Shown here: one piece after another, positions 48,338 through 61,560 of the stretch
Layout of the letters: each line of letters starts with the position of its first letter
Position numbering within the stretch: the stretch's first letter is position 1
Assembly (NCBI GenBank): GCA_965645245.1
Contig: OZ287072.1
Location: 558,001-622,000, forward strand
Direction: 5' to 3'
Source of the DNA: Massalongia carnosa
Lineage: Eukaryota
DNA: 64,000 bases
Notes under the pieces: model-generated
The model's database searches: none
What the model saw: only the letters and a program-made list of their open reading frames with translations
What the model was told of the DNA's origin: nothing
Translations under genes and position numbers: made by a program

Positions 48338-49416
48338 CTTGAATTCAGGAGATGTGCTCCCCTCAGCAGCTGGGCAGCATTCAACTACTGGCTGCTGCCT
48401 ATTCTATATCGTTCGGAAGCGCTCCAAACCACGTAGTATTCAATCCCTCTGAAAGGCCGAGTGTCCTCAAGCTTTTGAAGTCGCAAATCGGGGCATCCTC
48501 AATTGAGATGTTCACGGTTCTGGGAACATTATTATTTTTCGCTACTGAAGCGATCTACACACGGATAAACCGGCGCTAACTAAGCAGGTTCCTGTGGTTA
48601 ACCAAATTGCGGCTATGAACGGGTCCCATTTCTACGTTGTACGACGATATATCTCATGAACACCCAGCTTACAACCCCTATAACCCCATTCTCCATCAGC
48701 CCGAGCAGGAATGGATAGGCTCCCTTCACAGAGTGTAGACCATTGCATAATGAACAAGACTAGGTGACATTGGTCCGTAAAAAAACCGCCTCATCTTTAC
48801 TCTGTAATCTGTACTCTGTACTTCGTATTATGTTGATATTACTCGTAATCATTTATCACTTACATTGTTGTTTTACAAAATCGAAGTTCTCGTAAACGAG
48901 ATGATTATTATGATATAATGAAATATCTCAATCAAAATCCTGCGCTACAATCGCATGAATGCGAGGCAATCATTGTATGTCGTTACCAAACTACTCCGTA
49001 CTTAGTATGAATACGTGAAGATATTCTCCGCAAATAACGACGAAATAAAACAAAGGAAATCTGATATTCAATGAGTGTAATGTCATTTCGTATAAAACAA
49101 TGTAAAGACAGAAAAAATAGAATAAAAAAACGATGATTACGTGTGTGTTTTGTGACTGTTTTCTGAGATTATTGGGGGGGCACGGACCAATGTCACCCAA
49201 CCTTGAACAAACCTCAAGGAAAGGGCTAGGGCAGCCAGCATCCAAGGGAAGCGTGCACAGAACTGGGTAAGCAAAAAAGAGCTTGAATGAAGTTTCTTTG
49301 ATTCCTATTATACAAGATTCTTAGAGTAAAGAATACCCGCGAACGATCGCCAGAATATCTACGCTTACCCTAGTTTTCCCATAGGTGCGTCCGCAATTGA
49401 AAATCAACGAGACGGC

Positions 49417-51873
49417 TCAGAACCAAAGTCCTAATTTCTTGGCATCCTGTTGCACAACATCGATCTCGCCAGCGCGACTTTCTGCTTCGTAGTCATGCAT
49501 GAACTCGTCCCATTCCGCCCAGTTAATCGAGCCAAAGGCCTCTCCGCCGTTGACTGATGAGGTAATATCCGAAACCGTTGGCTGAGTTTGTTGTTGTCCT
49601 TGACTAGTCTGAGGATGTAATGTCAATTTTGTTAGCGAGTCCTCTGTGTTCATATATGCTTCCGGCGGACCTGCAAGACTAAAGCCCCCTAAATGGTTGT
49701 ATGGGGGTGGAGGCAGCTCCTCGTGCGGCGTTATACCATTCGCGCCGCTCACAGAAGCGGCTTGCCGTCTGATTACACGCGCCTTTGCCATCATTTTCTG
49801 TATTGGCCTCCAAAGCATACCTCGTTTTGAATCAGCGATATGCGTAGCCCACGGCTCGAAAACCAGGTCAACGATAGCCCACGCTCGTTGCACCAATGCA
49901 CCTTGATCCTGAACACATAACTCTGCCAACGCTACGGCGAGCGCATGCCATTGGACCCAAGATTTAAAAAACCACTTCCACTGCGCAGCCTTAGGCTCCC
50001 TGTCGAGCGCATAAGCTCCCTCCATTATTTCTACAGAGGTGAGTAGGAGGCGTTCTCGCGTCACAGAAGGGTAGGTGCTTGACCGATACTCTTGATTGAC
50101 AGGGTGGTAGATTCCGAGCAACAACCTACCTAAGACTAGTCGGGTCATCATGGTCGCTACCCAGCAGATTGGGTTTCTTGAATCGCAATGGGCAAGGTAT
50201 TGGGTCTCGAAATGTTGTTGATACTGCGAAATCATGGATAACTTTCGCTCCACAAAATGTGGCGACTGCGAGACTTGTCCGTTTTCATCGGGACGAGATA
50301 CGGCACTGCATTCCCGATGCAACTGCCACATTTCATGGCCGATTGCACAGAGAGTCATAGCAGTCGAACCGATTCTGGCGGAAACAGGGCGCATATCCTC
50401 AGGATTTAGATCTTCATCGTTTACGTTCATAGGCTTTTTGGTGTTGAAACTAATCTCATGGATCATAGGTTCGGACCCACGATCTTCGGATGCATGGACG
50501 TCGAGAATGACGATCTGCCACCACAATCGTCGGCGCATCTCCTGCTCATATGGCGAGACTGATGATTCGTTGTTTTCACGGTGTAGCTCAAGAGAGTGCG
50601 CGATTCGTATGGCAACCGCTGTAAGAGTCCAGGTGAACTGTAGTAGCATTAGTGGAGTACTGCTTCGAATGATTTAAAAACTAACCTGTGAATCATCGTG
50701 ACAGCGAATGCAAACCTACAAGAATATATTAGTGTTATCAACTCTGATATGTCTAGGGACCGTTGAAAGTGAGCCCGCATAAAGGATGAAAATAAGGTAG
50801 AGATCAAAGGGCTAATTGAACAACTCACAAGAAGAACTACCAGCGCCTGCAAAGTTACCATATTCCCGTTGATGAGCAGCTCTGCATTCGCCAGAGCAAT
50901 TTCAGCAGCACATCTATACCTATCTAAAAGGCAGTCTTTCTCTTCGTGAAAATAGGCCGTACAGCTCTCTGGCGCAAGAGTCGTAACAGCGGCATAGTAC
51001 ATTGCAAATAGGAAAGCCTCCATGCTTGGATTTTTAGAAATGATACTGATATCGGAAGAGACTTCGAGAATGGATTTCTTTAGGGTTGGCACGTGAAGGA
51101 TTTTGAAAATAGGATCGAAGTTGTCAATGTAAACAGTGCACATCATAAGAATCTGGGGCGAAGTAGGGTGTAGCGGTGTTAGGCATAATGGCTCTGAAGC
51201 GTGGCCCCATATTCTCACAGTGCGTACAGGAGGTGAGCCAGAAGACTCAGTATCCATGTGTGATGAGGACTCCTCATCTTCATCAGATACATCGACTAAG
51301 GTCTGCCGTAACCCTTCCACCTACCACAATCCTGAAGGTCAGCGACCGGAGCAGCATATAGTGTATTGAAGACCCACATACCTCGTTCGTTAGGCTCTTC
51401 CAGAAGTGAGTACCCATATATCGATTCAGGACGTCATCCGAAGAACTTGAGCTCATGGCACGCTCACCAGGGGTCTGGGACGGTGAGGCGCTCGGTTTCC
51501 TGGCTGCCTCTGGTTCTTTAACATCAGGGGAGGCGCCAGACGTTCTCGCGGGTTTGTCCTTCCTATCTAGGTTTCCTTTCTCTAGAAGCTCTTCTAATTT
51601 GTTCAATCGACGCAGGAGCTCAACGTTGGTGGCTTTGGCTCCGCCTGTCCGTCCTCTTGGCAGCCTTGCACGGTTTGGAAAGACGCATTGTAAACTCGAG
51701 CGTTCGCAGGCGGAACAGGGAGTCGCCTTGTTGCATTTTACCTTCCTCTTTCTACAATTCGTACAGCTGAGAAGATGAATGGCGGGGCGCTGGTTGACCG
51801 TATGTTCATAGGCAGCAGGCACATCTTCCACCGATGCTTGAGGTTGCGACAACGCGATGGATTGCTCAGCCAT
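49417..51873 (-). CDS. Zn2Cys6 transcription factor with fungal TF domain
   Basis: SCTNCRKRKVKCNKATPCSACERSSLQC, NFDPIFKILHVP and EQEMRRRLWWQI. Three introns, including a 30-nt micro-exon (VCIRCHDDSQ). Confidence 0.92.
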
Positions 51874-53486
51874 AGGTATTCTCTGTCCTGAGTCAGCTTC
51901 ATCAAGAGTAATGGATTTGATATGAAACTCTGCTGCCTGGCCGCTTAACGTACCTGGAAAACGATATTTGAGCTTCAGGCATCTGTAGGCACTCCACCCG
52001 TTGGTGCTCTGCTGCACATCGTCCACAATCCTTCACAGCCCATGACTCTCACATTGGACAAGTTAGCCACTTGCTCCAGGTACTAGGATCTTATAAATGC
52101 CGCTCAGTACCTTTGTTCAGCTTAGCGTAGCTGTCATTGATTATTTCCCGCGTCACTCGACATTCAGCTCAAAGAATGTCGTCAACAAATATGCACTACT
52201 ATCCCCAGTCGTATCTTGAAAACATGAGTTTTTTGCAAGGGGAGTACAGGGGACCAAGGCAGGGTAATTTGACCAATCAAATTAGTAGAATGTTCTCGAA
52301 TTTAGGCCCAAATAGTCATATATCTATTCTCTCTAGCGAGCAAGTATGGAGTCATCTACGAAGGAGTATAATTCTTCAACTACTCGAGACGATCGTGTAG
52401 CTATTAAAACAGCTCTTTTATTCAATATCCCCTACAAAGATATTCAGAAAAAATTGAATGTAACACGATGTCAAACATCGTACGCACGCAATTAGCTGAT
52501 GGAATAGATGTAGAGCCGTTATTGAAGCTGAAGGTCCTACTAGATATTAATAATCAACATTCTGCCTTGGTCCCCTGTACCACCCTTGCAAAAAAACCAG
52601 GGGATAGTACTAGTATATCGCCCTCGCGTATGGGGTCCAATCAAATAGGAAGCTAGTAAGCCTAGTATTTCGGGCTTTTCTGAAGAATATTCAGATTATC
52701 AATCCGTCCGATTCCCGTGCCGAGACAAAAAAATTCTTTCATGGATGACTCAATGCAACACTCTGCAAAGGCCTGTACTGAGTAAGTGCCCTAGCTCGAT
52801 CGTAACAAGTTGGAAACGCCCGGGTCCCTTACTAGGGTTGTGTGCATGAGAGCGAAACATTAAATTGGTTCATGCATGAATCTATCTGCAAGAATAAAAT
52901 CACTACCAGGCCGGTAAATTCTGCATATAAATTTCTTGTAGCCTAAACATTCTATCAATCCATTGCGTCTTGTCATTGTCGCAAACTAGGACGGAAGATA
53001 TAGCGGATCAGCAATCGAGTGTGGGCCTAAGCGGCCGTACCCAGTCACTGCCAGTCACAGGTCACAACGGTCAAGGATCGAGTAACTTAGACAGAAAACG
53101 CGGCTGACAAACTCAGATACCTCACTGAGATTTCGATTCAGTCGGTTTGCTTCCCAAACATCATTCATGTGATTGAGAAGCCAAACAAAAACATGTGGTC
53201 ATGTGTGTTATGCTCTGTGTATCCCCGACCCCATTTCGCTGAAAAAAAGCCACAAAAGCCACAACGCCTAATTGGTATCTTCCTGCCCAATGCTCTGACA
53301 AGGCTCTTAAGTACTAATGATGCATGTGCAAGTCCCCGGATCGTGACCAGAAGCGCAATTGTTATTTTATTTTTAGGTCCATCTATCATCGCGATGAAAA
53401 CAAAAACGGCCGAAACAACCAAAAGCTTCTCCAACGATTACCCGTACGTCCAATCGCCTCTTGTACCGCTTCAAAGACATGAGAGA

Positions 53487-53520
53487 GAGGAGGAGGAGGA
53501 GGAGGAGGAGGAGGAGGAAG
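53487..53520. repeat. (GAG)n microsatellite just past the kelch gene stop
   Basis: Directly visible. Confidence 0.9.
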
Positions 53521-53526
53521 AGGCTG

Positions 53527-55669
53527 TCAATCACGGTTAATGACCCTTAAACTCCTTCTGGGATTCAGCAACACCCCCACAAAACTCGGCTCCACCCCCC
53601 TCATCAGGTCCTCGCTGCTGGAATTAGCAGTGCTGTTTCCACCAATAGGCGGATGAACTCCACCCGGCAAAGGGCGAATGCTCGAATAAGCGCTCGCACC
53701 CCCCGGGATGCTACTCCTGACGGCGCTGCCGGCGTCTGTACCTCGGTGGTCGGATGAGCCCTCGGAGGTTAGGAATGCGGCTTTCTCGGCTGGGTGGCCG
53801 GGTCCACCAGCAGCAGCCCGTTGAGTCATGGCAACGTGGGCCTTGTAGAGCGCTAGCTGGCGGCGGTAAACCCAGGCGCAGAAACCGAGATAGGCGGCCA
53901 GAACCGCAAAACAGCCAGCAATGACACCCGCAATGATAGCGGCAATGTTTGGGCCGTGATGATTATTGGCAGAAGACGTGCCATTAATGGATGACGTGCC
54001 TGTCTCGGTGACTACGGCTCCGTTGGCACCGGTGACTGTATAGGTGATGGGCTTGCCGGTAGCCAGGGGGCCTTGGGTGGCTGACTGAGCCGGCGCCGTG
54101 ATAGTTGCGCCTCCACCCCCCTGGCCACCTATAACATCTTGCACAGGTTTAGGGACTTGGTAGCCATAGCTGCCACCGAGAGCCAAAGGATCGTTTTCTT
54201 GCGCCAGCTGCTGGTTCAGGGTATTGCCCCCGCTCAGGGCGGAAAACTGATTTTGCCATGTAAGGCTCGAAGCGGAAAATACGTAGAACCCGCTATCACA
54301 GCTAAGATTGGGACCGGTGTAGCCCCCTATCACCACAATTTGCCCATCCCAGATATTGCAGGTATGTCCCACTCTTGCTGGTGGTACTGACTGGTTTTTG
54401 GTGTCGACTTCAATCCACGTAAAGCTAGGAATGGTTAGTATCCACATATCATCGTACTGGATCTGCTGCCCGTAAGGCAAGAGATTTTGACCTCCATATA
54501 AATAAACATTGGTACTTGAGCCGTCGGGTGCCGAAGCTGCCACGGCACAAGGGTTTACACGAAGGCTTGGGTATTTGCCGCTGGTTGACTGCTTGTACCA
54601 GGTGGAGCTGGCAATATCGTAGACGTCTATAACATTCATTTGAGTCTGCCGTAGCCAAGGATTAGAGAGGATCTCGACGGGAGATAATTCTTAGACTTAC
54701 AAAGGACGTGTTAGTTCCCCCGGCTAAGCTTAAAATAATCCCGCTGTCACCAAATCCAGGGACGTATACAAGCACACCGTCTGCTCTGTTGGTAAAGGTA
54801 GCTGTGTCCTGTATTCCCCCTTGGGTAATGTTTCTCCAGATGCCATCAGCTCCAGCAGTCTTGCCGCCGCTCAAGCTTTTGACGCCATTGTTGGTATAAC
54901 CTGGGAAAGTGAATTCTATCATGGATTTAAGATACTGGCGAGAGACTTGCTTCGTCCATCCAGGGGTGGTATAGTGATCAAGATGACCACCAAAATACCA
55001 TCCTTTGCCGAGTTCGGGAACGCTGATGCCAGCCCCCTCGGCAGCTTGCTCCACAGGTTGATTTCCATTATCGCTGTTGTTGCCGGCGGATGTCTTAGGG
55101 TTTTGGTGTTTACTCCATGATGACTCTTTGATGTTATACTCCCACAAGGAATACGGGTCGGGCGTCGCTTCTGGCGAGTCCGACACCTCACCCCCATATA
55201 AAAACAGTGAATTATAGGAGTTCCACAGATAGCCATTTGCTACTGCGGGAGGGCCTATGGGCTGCGGTAAACCAGCAAGCTTGGGGGCGGATATGTCCCA
55301 GCCTTCAGTCAATGGAAGTGCCACAAAGTCGTTGTTCCAGGTGTCCTGGTCTTGTCCGGACGAAGAGATCGAATGTCCTCCGTAAATGTACAAAGTCCCA
55401 TTAACCACGGCGCTTTGGTGGCTCCATCGATTACATACGTCCGTAGGGCTATTGTCTCGTCTGATGAAATTCCCGTTGATGCCGCCTTTCCGGATCAGAT
55501 ATGCGCGAGTCCCTAAGAAACTAGGTCCGGAGCTGTTTATAAATGGCATTTCGTAGACAATGGGCATTAAGGCTGCCATCAGCACCGCCAGGGTGTACAA
55601 TCGAAGTATTGAAGAGGGCCTGCATAGCGAGATGTTTCTATTGACGACATTGTTCCTGGCCGGCAACAT
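53527..55669 (-). CDS. Kelch/galactose-oxidase-like beta-propeller single-pass membrane protein (start uncertain; frame open to 56053)
   Basis: VCNRWSHQSAVVNGTLYIYGG and repeated YGG..W motifs. Intron 54646-54700. TM helix IAAIIAGVIAG..; C-terminus LLNPRRSLRVINRD. Confidence 0.88.
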
Positions 55670-57000
55670 TGGCACAGGTTGTGTACGTGGGCGTGGTAGC
55701 GATCCAGATTCAGGCTGTGGTGCCTCGCTTCCACCAGATGCTCTCTGGGCGCATAGACTTCGGGATCTACCCTTGGTAAAGAGGGTAGTTGATGTTGCGG
55801 ACCGACGTTTTTTATCCTTCGAGGTTGTATGTGATCCAAGCTCTTTTCTCATCATTGCCTCGCTTGATAAGCCCGTGTTAGGTCGGGTAGCACTTGAGTG
55901 TTGTCTTAAACAGAATCGGTTGCATATGGTGTATTCTTCGGAGTGCATTGAGTAGTCCGTCGGGCAAAGCTGAAGAGAATTACCAAAAGCCGTGCAATCG
56001 ACGATCAGTGGGTCGTTACGTTGACCCGTGGATGGAACACAAACCAGAGACACAATCTACCAAGACTTGAAACGAGAGGTTCCACCCTTGTGGTTTCCTT
56101 CGACACAAAAGCATGTTAACAGTTCGTCACCACGAACGTAGAGCGGAGCCATCGCCTTAGGGAAAAAATGTTACCCAAGCCATCAGCCGAGTACGGGGGT
56201 TTTGGTGGTTGGCCAGTGTTTTGGGGTGTATGACGCAGTGGCGACATGCGTGTTGACCGTGTTTCTGTTGGCGGTAGTTTCGCCGCTAGAAAGCGCAATG
56301 GCCATGTTTGCCCAATCCAATGCGATGTTGGAGAGGCTACTCTGGCACTCTGGCTCCCTGCCTTGAATCCATTGATGGGACCTTGTTAGTCCTCCAATTT
56401 TAAAAGACGGCGAAATGCATGACAGGGAAAGGCATTTGCACAGTATGCCGAAACAGGTATTTCCCCCTTGCTCAGGGTCTCTATTTCGACCTCAGTAGAT
56501 CTTGCCCTAATTCATGCCAAACCAAACCCTAATGTGGACAGTGAACAGACGATGTAGATAGATTGAGATAATTCAGGTCGTCTTTACCGAAACAACCCCG
56601 TCAGTCCATCCTTTTTGCCTCCTTCTAACGGGTTTTCGCTCATGTCTTAAAGGGACTCGCAAATGCTTGGTGCCCCCGTTATGCAACAATAACAACACCT
56701 GGTCACTACTCAATGGCTTTAGTTAAAGCACCCGAATGCAAATTTCGGGTCGCAAGGTGCTCTCTAATCCGAATGTTGAGAGAAGACCATCAAAAAGGGG
56801 GTGACTGGATCAAGACGGCGAATCCTCCCGGAGTTGATCAAGGACCGATGATTGATAATCCATTTCGGCTCGTTATCCGAGGCCATGCAGCTTCAAATAT
56901 GCACTTCTTCAGACCATAAAAACTTGCAAAATTTCCCCGCCTGAGCTCCCATTCACACATCCTGCGAGCGAATCTGGCTTTCCATCAACAACTTCTCAGA

Positions 57001-57732
57001 ATGACTAATTATACTATCTCTATCATCTCTGACACTGTCTGCCCATGGGTGAGTCGTTGGGCCCCCCCCCTCTCTTTTTTCTCTCTCAAAAACAACACTA
57101 AGCTTCTGCAAAACCAACAGTGCTACGTTGGTAAAAAAAATCTCGACCGCGCCATCGCCCTCCACAAGTCCCGCCATCCAACCGACACCTTCACCACGAC
57201 CTGGCACCCCTATTACCTTAACCCTAACCCGCCCATCCCCAGCATCCCTAAACGCCCCTTCTATGTGACAAAGTTCGGCGCCCAGCGCGCCGAAGCCATT
57301 TTCGAGCGGTTGGAATCCGTCGGCCGCGACGTTGGCATCGCCTTCAACTTCAACGGCCGCACGGGCTCCACGCGAGACTCGCACCGCTTGATCCAATTGG
57401 CCGGTACCAAGGGCCCCGAAGTGCAGGCGAGAGTGGTGGAGGAGTTATTCGAGGCCTATTTTGAAAAGGAGGAGGACATCAGCGCTCCTAACGTTTTGCA
57501 GACGAGAGGCCTAAAGGCGGGCTTGGCGGAGGAGGAGGTGAGAACGTGGTTGGAGAGCGGAGGAGGGGGGAAAGAGGTGGATGCGGAGGTGGAGAAGGCT
57601 CGGAGGAGGGGCATCAGCGGAGTGCCACACTTTACCGTGCAAGGTGAGTTCGAAATTGCAGGGGCAGAAGCGCCGGAATCGTTTGTGCGCGTGTTCGAGA
57701 AGGTGAAGGTGCGCGAGCAAAGGGGGGTTTAG
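57001..57732 (+). CDS. DsbA/FrnE-like thioredoxin-fold protein
   Basis: SDTVCPW|CYVGK after removing intron 57049-57120; TRDSHRLI; cis-Pro motif GISGVPHF. Confidence 0.95.
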   Translation: MTNYTISIISDTVCPWVSRWAPPLSFFSLKNNTKLLQNQQCYVGKKNLDRAIALHKSRHPTDTFTTTWHPYYLNPNPPIPSIPKRPFYVTKFGAQRAEAIFERLESVGRDVGIAFNFNGRTGSTRDSHRLIQLAGTKGPEVQARVVEELFEAYFEKEEDISAPNVLQTRGLKAGLAEEEVRTWLESGGGGKEVDAEVEKARRRGISGVPHFTVQGEFEIAGAEAPESFVRVFEKVKVREQRGV

Positions 57733-58495
57733 GAGGTGCAGGTGGCCATGTAATTGACTCTTGAACCTTGAAATGGGGGAAGAAATGTGCAGTCCGGAAG
57801 GTATCTGTAGAACGAAATGAACGCTTTTGAGTGCTCCATATTTCCCAAATATCGGTCCTTCCCTATCCTTTTTCCCCTTTCCCCTTCCTCTAGAAAACTC
57901 CACCAGCTTCCACATGCGAGGAAACCCACCCCGGATACAGAATCCCACGCAAACCCCTTCCCTCCTCCCTCCCGCCCCTTTTTCTTCCCATCCCATCCCA
58001 TTCATCCTCCCCCCTCCCCCCCTCCACCCTCCCATTAAACACCCAATCCGTACCCTATCAAACAAACCACAACCCGCTCACTGCACCGCATCGTAGAACT
58101 ACCTATCTGACCGGGAACGGTTTGGTTGGATCTGATCTTTAATCTCTAATCTAGATACGATTTTATATAGGGGGTTTAGATAAGGGAGGAGGAAGGAGGA
58201 GGAGAGGAAGAGAGGAAGAAAAACAGAAGGAGAAGAAGAAATGATGTTCGAGAAAGATAATGTAAGGTGATGGAAGTTGTTCGGTGATAGGGACAGGGGC
58301 TCTAATCCCCAAGCGGCTGAAGCCTAAGTAGGTATCTTGATTAAACCAACTAGACCTGCGGAATAACGCAAGCAAGCAAGCAATAAGCACGCAAGGAAAA
58401 GCCCATCAGCATCCCCCACGCTCCTTGCTTTCAAAACCCTACTCCCCCTCCCAGGCCGCCAACCAAAAACACAACCCCCCCCCCAAAAGCAATCC

Positions 58496-60091
58496 CTACC
58501 TCCGTACGCACAAATCACTTCTCAAAACCCACTTCTCCCCATCCAGCACTTCCCGGCCTTCATGCAAGAGGCAGTCCTGTCCATGCTTGTGCAAAAGCGC
58601 CATGCCCACTTCTGGAGCCACGACAACGGGCTCTATGCTGCCTTGCTGCAACTTCTGCTTGCTGTGCGATTTTCCAGGGGGGCCGGGGTCAGGGTAGAAG
58701 ACGGTTTCGCCGCCAGTGCAGGAGGTGAGGTAGAGGAGGAGAGTCCAGGTTGTTTTGGCGGGGGTTTGGTCGAGGATGAGGAAATTAGAATCGTCATCTG
58801 TGTGGGGGGAACTGTTAGGGTGAGAGGTATTTGGATTGGAGGGGTTGGGTTGGGACCAAAAGGAAGGTATGGTAAGGAAATAAAAGAGAGGTGAATGGAA
58901 CCGGAGGAAATAGAGCAGAAGAAATCAAAGAAGAGAAATGCAAGAACCAAGGAGTGAAACCCGTCCCCTACCTGTCGTTATGCCACCCATCATCTTCAAT
59001 ATAACCATCCCTCACTATAGCCATCCGATCCGGGACAACCCATAGCAGAAAAACCACCACGACAGTCGTCCAAGGCGAGAATGCAAGGGAATGCGACGGA
59101 AACTGCACCTCCTCTTTCAACGCTTCCTTAGGCACAAATATAGGCATGACCACATCATATAGGTCCTCGATAAGTTTTGGGGGTTCTTCCACGATCCAGT
59201 CAAAATCAATGATGATGCCGTACGCAACCCAGCAGCAGCCGTAGAGCGCGAGGAGCACGCTAAGTATGATGTATACGAAACTGCAAATAGCTGAGGCCCA
59301 CGGCGAAGAGGACAGATACGGTGTGAGGGAGTTGAAGATAAAGGCTGACATTTTTCCTATGGTTTCTTGGTGGGATGATGGGGAGCAAGCAGGGATTTTG
59401 GAGAAGGTTTCCGATAGGAGAAATAAAAGGAAACAGAAGAAAAAACCTGTTCATGCAAAGCACATGAACGGCCTGAAAGCGTCTCGAAAGGAAAAGTGAC
59501 GAAAAATAGAGCATCATAATATTTGCAGTGACAATATTGCGACCGAAATAAACAATAACATTGAAAAAAACAACAGGAATCGCACCTACAGTGTTGACCA
59601 AAAAACTGGCCCTTTCCATATCGATAAACCCGTATCCTGGGATTCAATCCACACACATTCCCACCCCACGCTCTCGTCCTATTCTCCCTGCTTCCCTCCT
59701 TATCATCATCTTCCTCTTCAACACTACCTTTCCCCCTATCATTATTAACAAGCGCCTCCAGCCCTGTCTCCCTCCACAACCTCTCTGCAAACTCCGCATC
59801 GTGCACCTCAAACCGATCATTGACGCGCACCGCGTCGCCGTCTTTCGGCTTTACGGGCGTCGTAACGAGTGGCAGCGTGGAGAGGAATTGGGTGTAGGTT
59901 TTACAGAGTGTAGAGGTGAAGAGGTTTCGGATAAGAATAACTTGCTCTGGGAGAAGGGTTTCGAGGTAGAGATCGACGGGGGGGACAAGCGGGGAGAGAA
60001 CAGGCCAGTTGGGTACAAGGTTTGCGGTTGAGGTCGACGTAGGTTTACGCTTTTTGGTGGGAGCTGGGGTTTTGGGGGGTTTGGAAGGCAT
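58496..60091 (-). CDS. 2OG-Fe(II) dioxygenase (prolyl-4-hydroxylase-like)
   Basis: GLNPRIRVYRY..FFGQH-Y-DDS across intron 58798-59589; TWTLLLYL, GGETVFY and LHEGREV..KWVLRSD. Confidence 0.93.
58968..59351 (-). CDS. Putative 127-aa membrane protein nested in the oxygenase intron
   Basis: Uninterrupted ATG-to-stop ORF with AAAAATGT start context, two hydrophobic segments and a non-repetitive sequence. No homology recognised. Confidence 0.45.
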   Translation of the reverse strand: MSAFIFNSLTPYLSSSPWASAICSFVYIILSVLLALYGCCWVAYGIIIDFDWIVEEPPKLIEDLYDVVMPIFVPKEALKEEVQFPSHSLAFSPWTTVVVVFLLWVVPDRMAIVRDGYIEDDGWHNDR

Positions 60092-60449
60092 CAAGGAATG
60101 TTTGCTGCAGAGAACGAAGTAGTAGACTTTTAATTGCAACCCTGCTTCTGTAGGCAAAAAAATATCAGGTCAAATACATCCCCGTTAGCCCTCTATCTCA
60201 TTAGACGATCTCAATTAAATGCATAACGGTTATAGAATCAACATGTGATCTCGTGATTGTACTGTAATGGTCAACAAGAACGTTTTATTGCTTCTTAAAT
60301 AAACGATTCTCATGAGCTTCGAAGCAAAATGACTACATACAGCTTATATTAGGTACATGTTGCTATATAGAGACCTGGAACAGAAATGAATCCTAGCTTG
60401 CCTCCACAGCTATAACCTGGGAATTTCTTTGTATAATTAAAGGGCACAA

Positions 60450-61560
60450 ATAGTAAGAGGCCGTGGTAATTTCCAGATGCATCTTCTAGTGCCTCGCCAT
60501 TCATGATATCATGAATAGGCAGATATAGCTATTCCAGAAAAACGGCAGCGTATTCACGCAATGGCTCAACATAAATGGTCGCGACATACCTTCGCAATAC
60601 CGTCCATTTATGTGTCTTCAAAGGATCACGGGTTGCATCGTCTGTCGCCATATGCTGAGAGTCAAATATCAGATCAGGCTCTGTGCCCGCTTTAAGTTAG
60701 AATCGGTATGACTCCAGCATACAGGAACTACTTCGTAATCCGTGAAGTTCGAAGTACTAGATACGATTAACTAGATTATGAACCAGGGCTATACGAAACA
60801 CCCTAAGGATCATATCCCCTTTGAACGAGTCGTGTTCCAGTTCGTGGATTGTTTGACACAACAATCTTTTGAACAATCCAAAGTCTACTAAACAACTCAC
60901 ACTCTCAATGACACCTAACCCCGAATTACTCCTGGAGGCTTTATTTGCTCAATACTCATTCAACAATGGCTCTTCTACTGCCGTTAAAGCAATCTATCTC
61001 CTTTTTGCTTTCCAACGTCCTATCCTCAAGCCAGGCAAAAGTCCTCTGGGCGCCGCCATATATATCTCGCATACGGTTGAGTTGTTTCGTTCTGTTTGTA
61101 TTATTCTTTTGATCTATAGATACTGCGTCAATACATCGTCTGTCACAGGAGGATTTGGAGAACTTGTTGACGGCAGGTCTGGGAAGGAGCTGAGCCCGGG
61201 ACTCAATATATTGATGAGAAGGCCTACAGATTTCGTTGCTGAGGAGGTGATGTTCGAGCAAATTAACCGCCTTAAGAGAAGTTAAATTGGTGGAAGTTTG
61301 CGCCACTCCAAGAATCTCCAGGCACGTATATGAGATTGCTGGTACTACCAACATCGCAGATAAATCCTCCGGGGTAGCAGGAGGCAGAAGGAGGGTAAGG
61401 TACATAGCCATAGGTCTCGCAAAACTATATGGTGGAGTCAATAACAACGCTCCTGGAACAGCTTCTCAACTTGCGAGCTTACGTTTAAGCCAAACTCACA
61501 TTCGCCAGCATCGCTATTCTTTAGAAAGCAGGCGGGTATACTGCTGCTTGTGTCACATAA
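60450..61560 (-). pseudogene. Degenerate HET (heterokaryon incompatibility) domain gene
   Basis: PAISYT and CIDAVSIDQKNNTNRTKQLNRMRDIYGGAQRTFAWL match the HET pattern (ALSY.W / WIDA.CI.Q..Q...M..IY..A..V..WL), with the conserved Trp residues lost and the ORF broken. Boundaries approximate. Confidence 0.7.

Noticed and set aside
9496..57120. Apparent excess of stop-free 3n introns (about 6 of ~34 modelled)
   Set aside because: For introns this short, roughly one in eight would be 3n and stop-free by chance (rough estimate), so the sample is too small to call enrichment.
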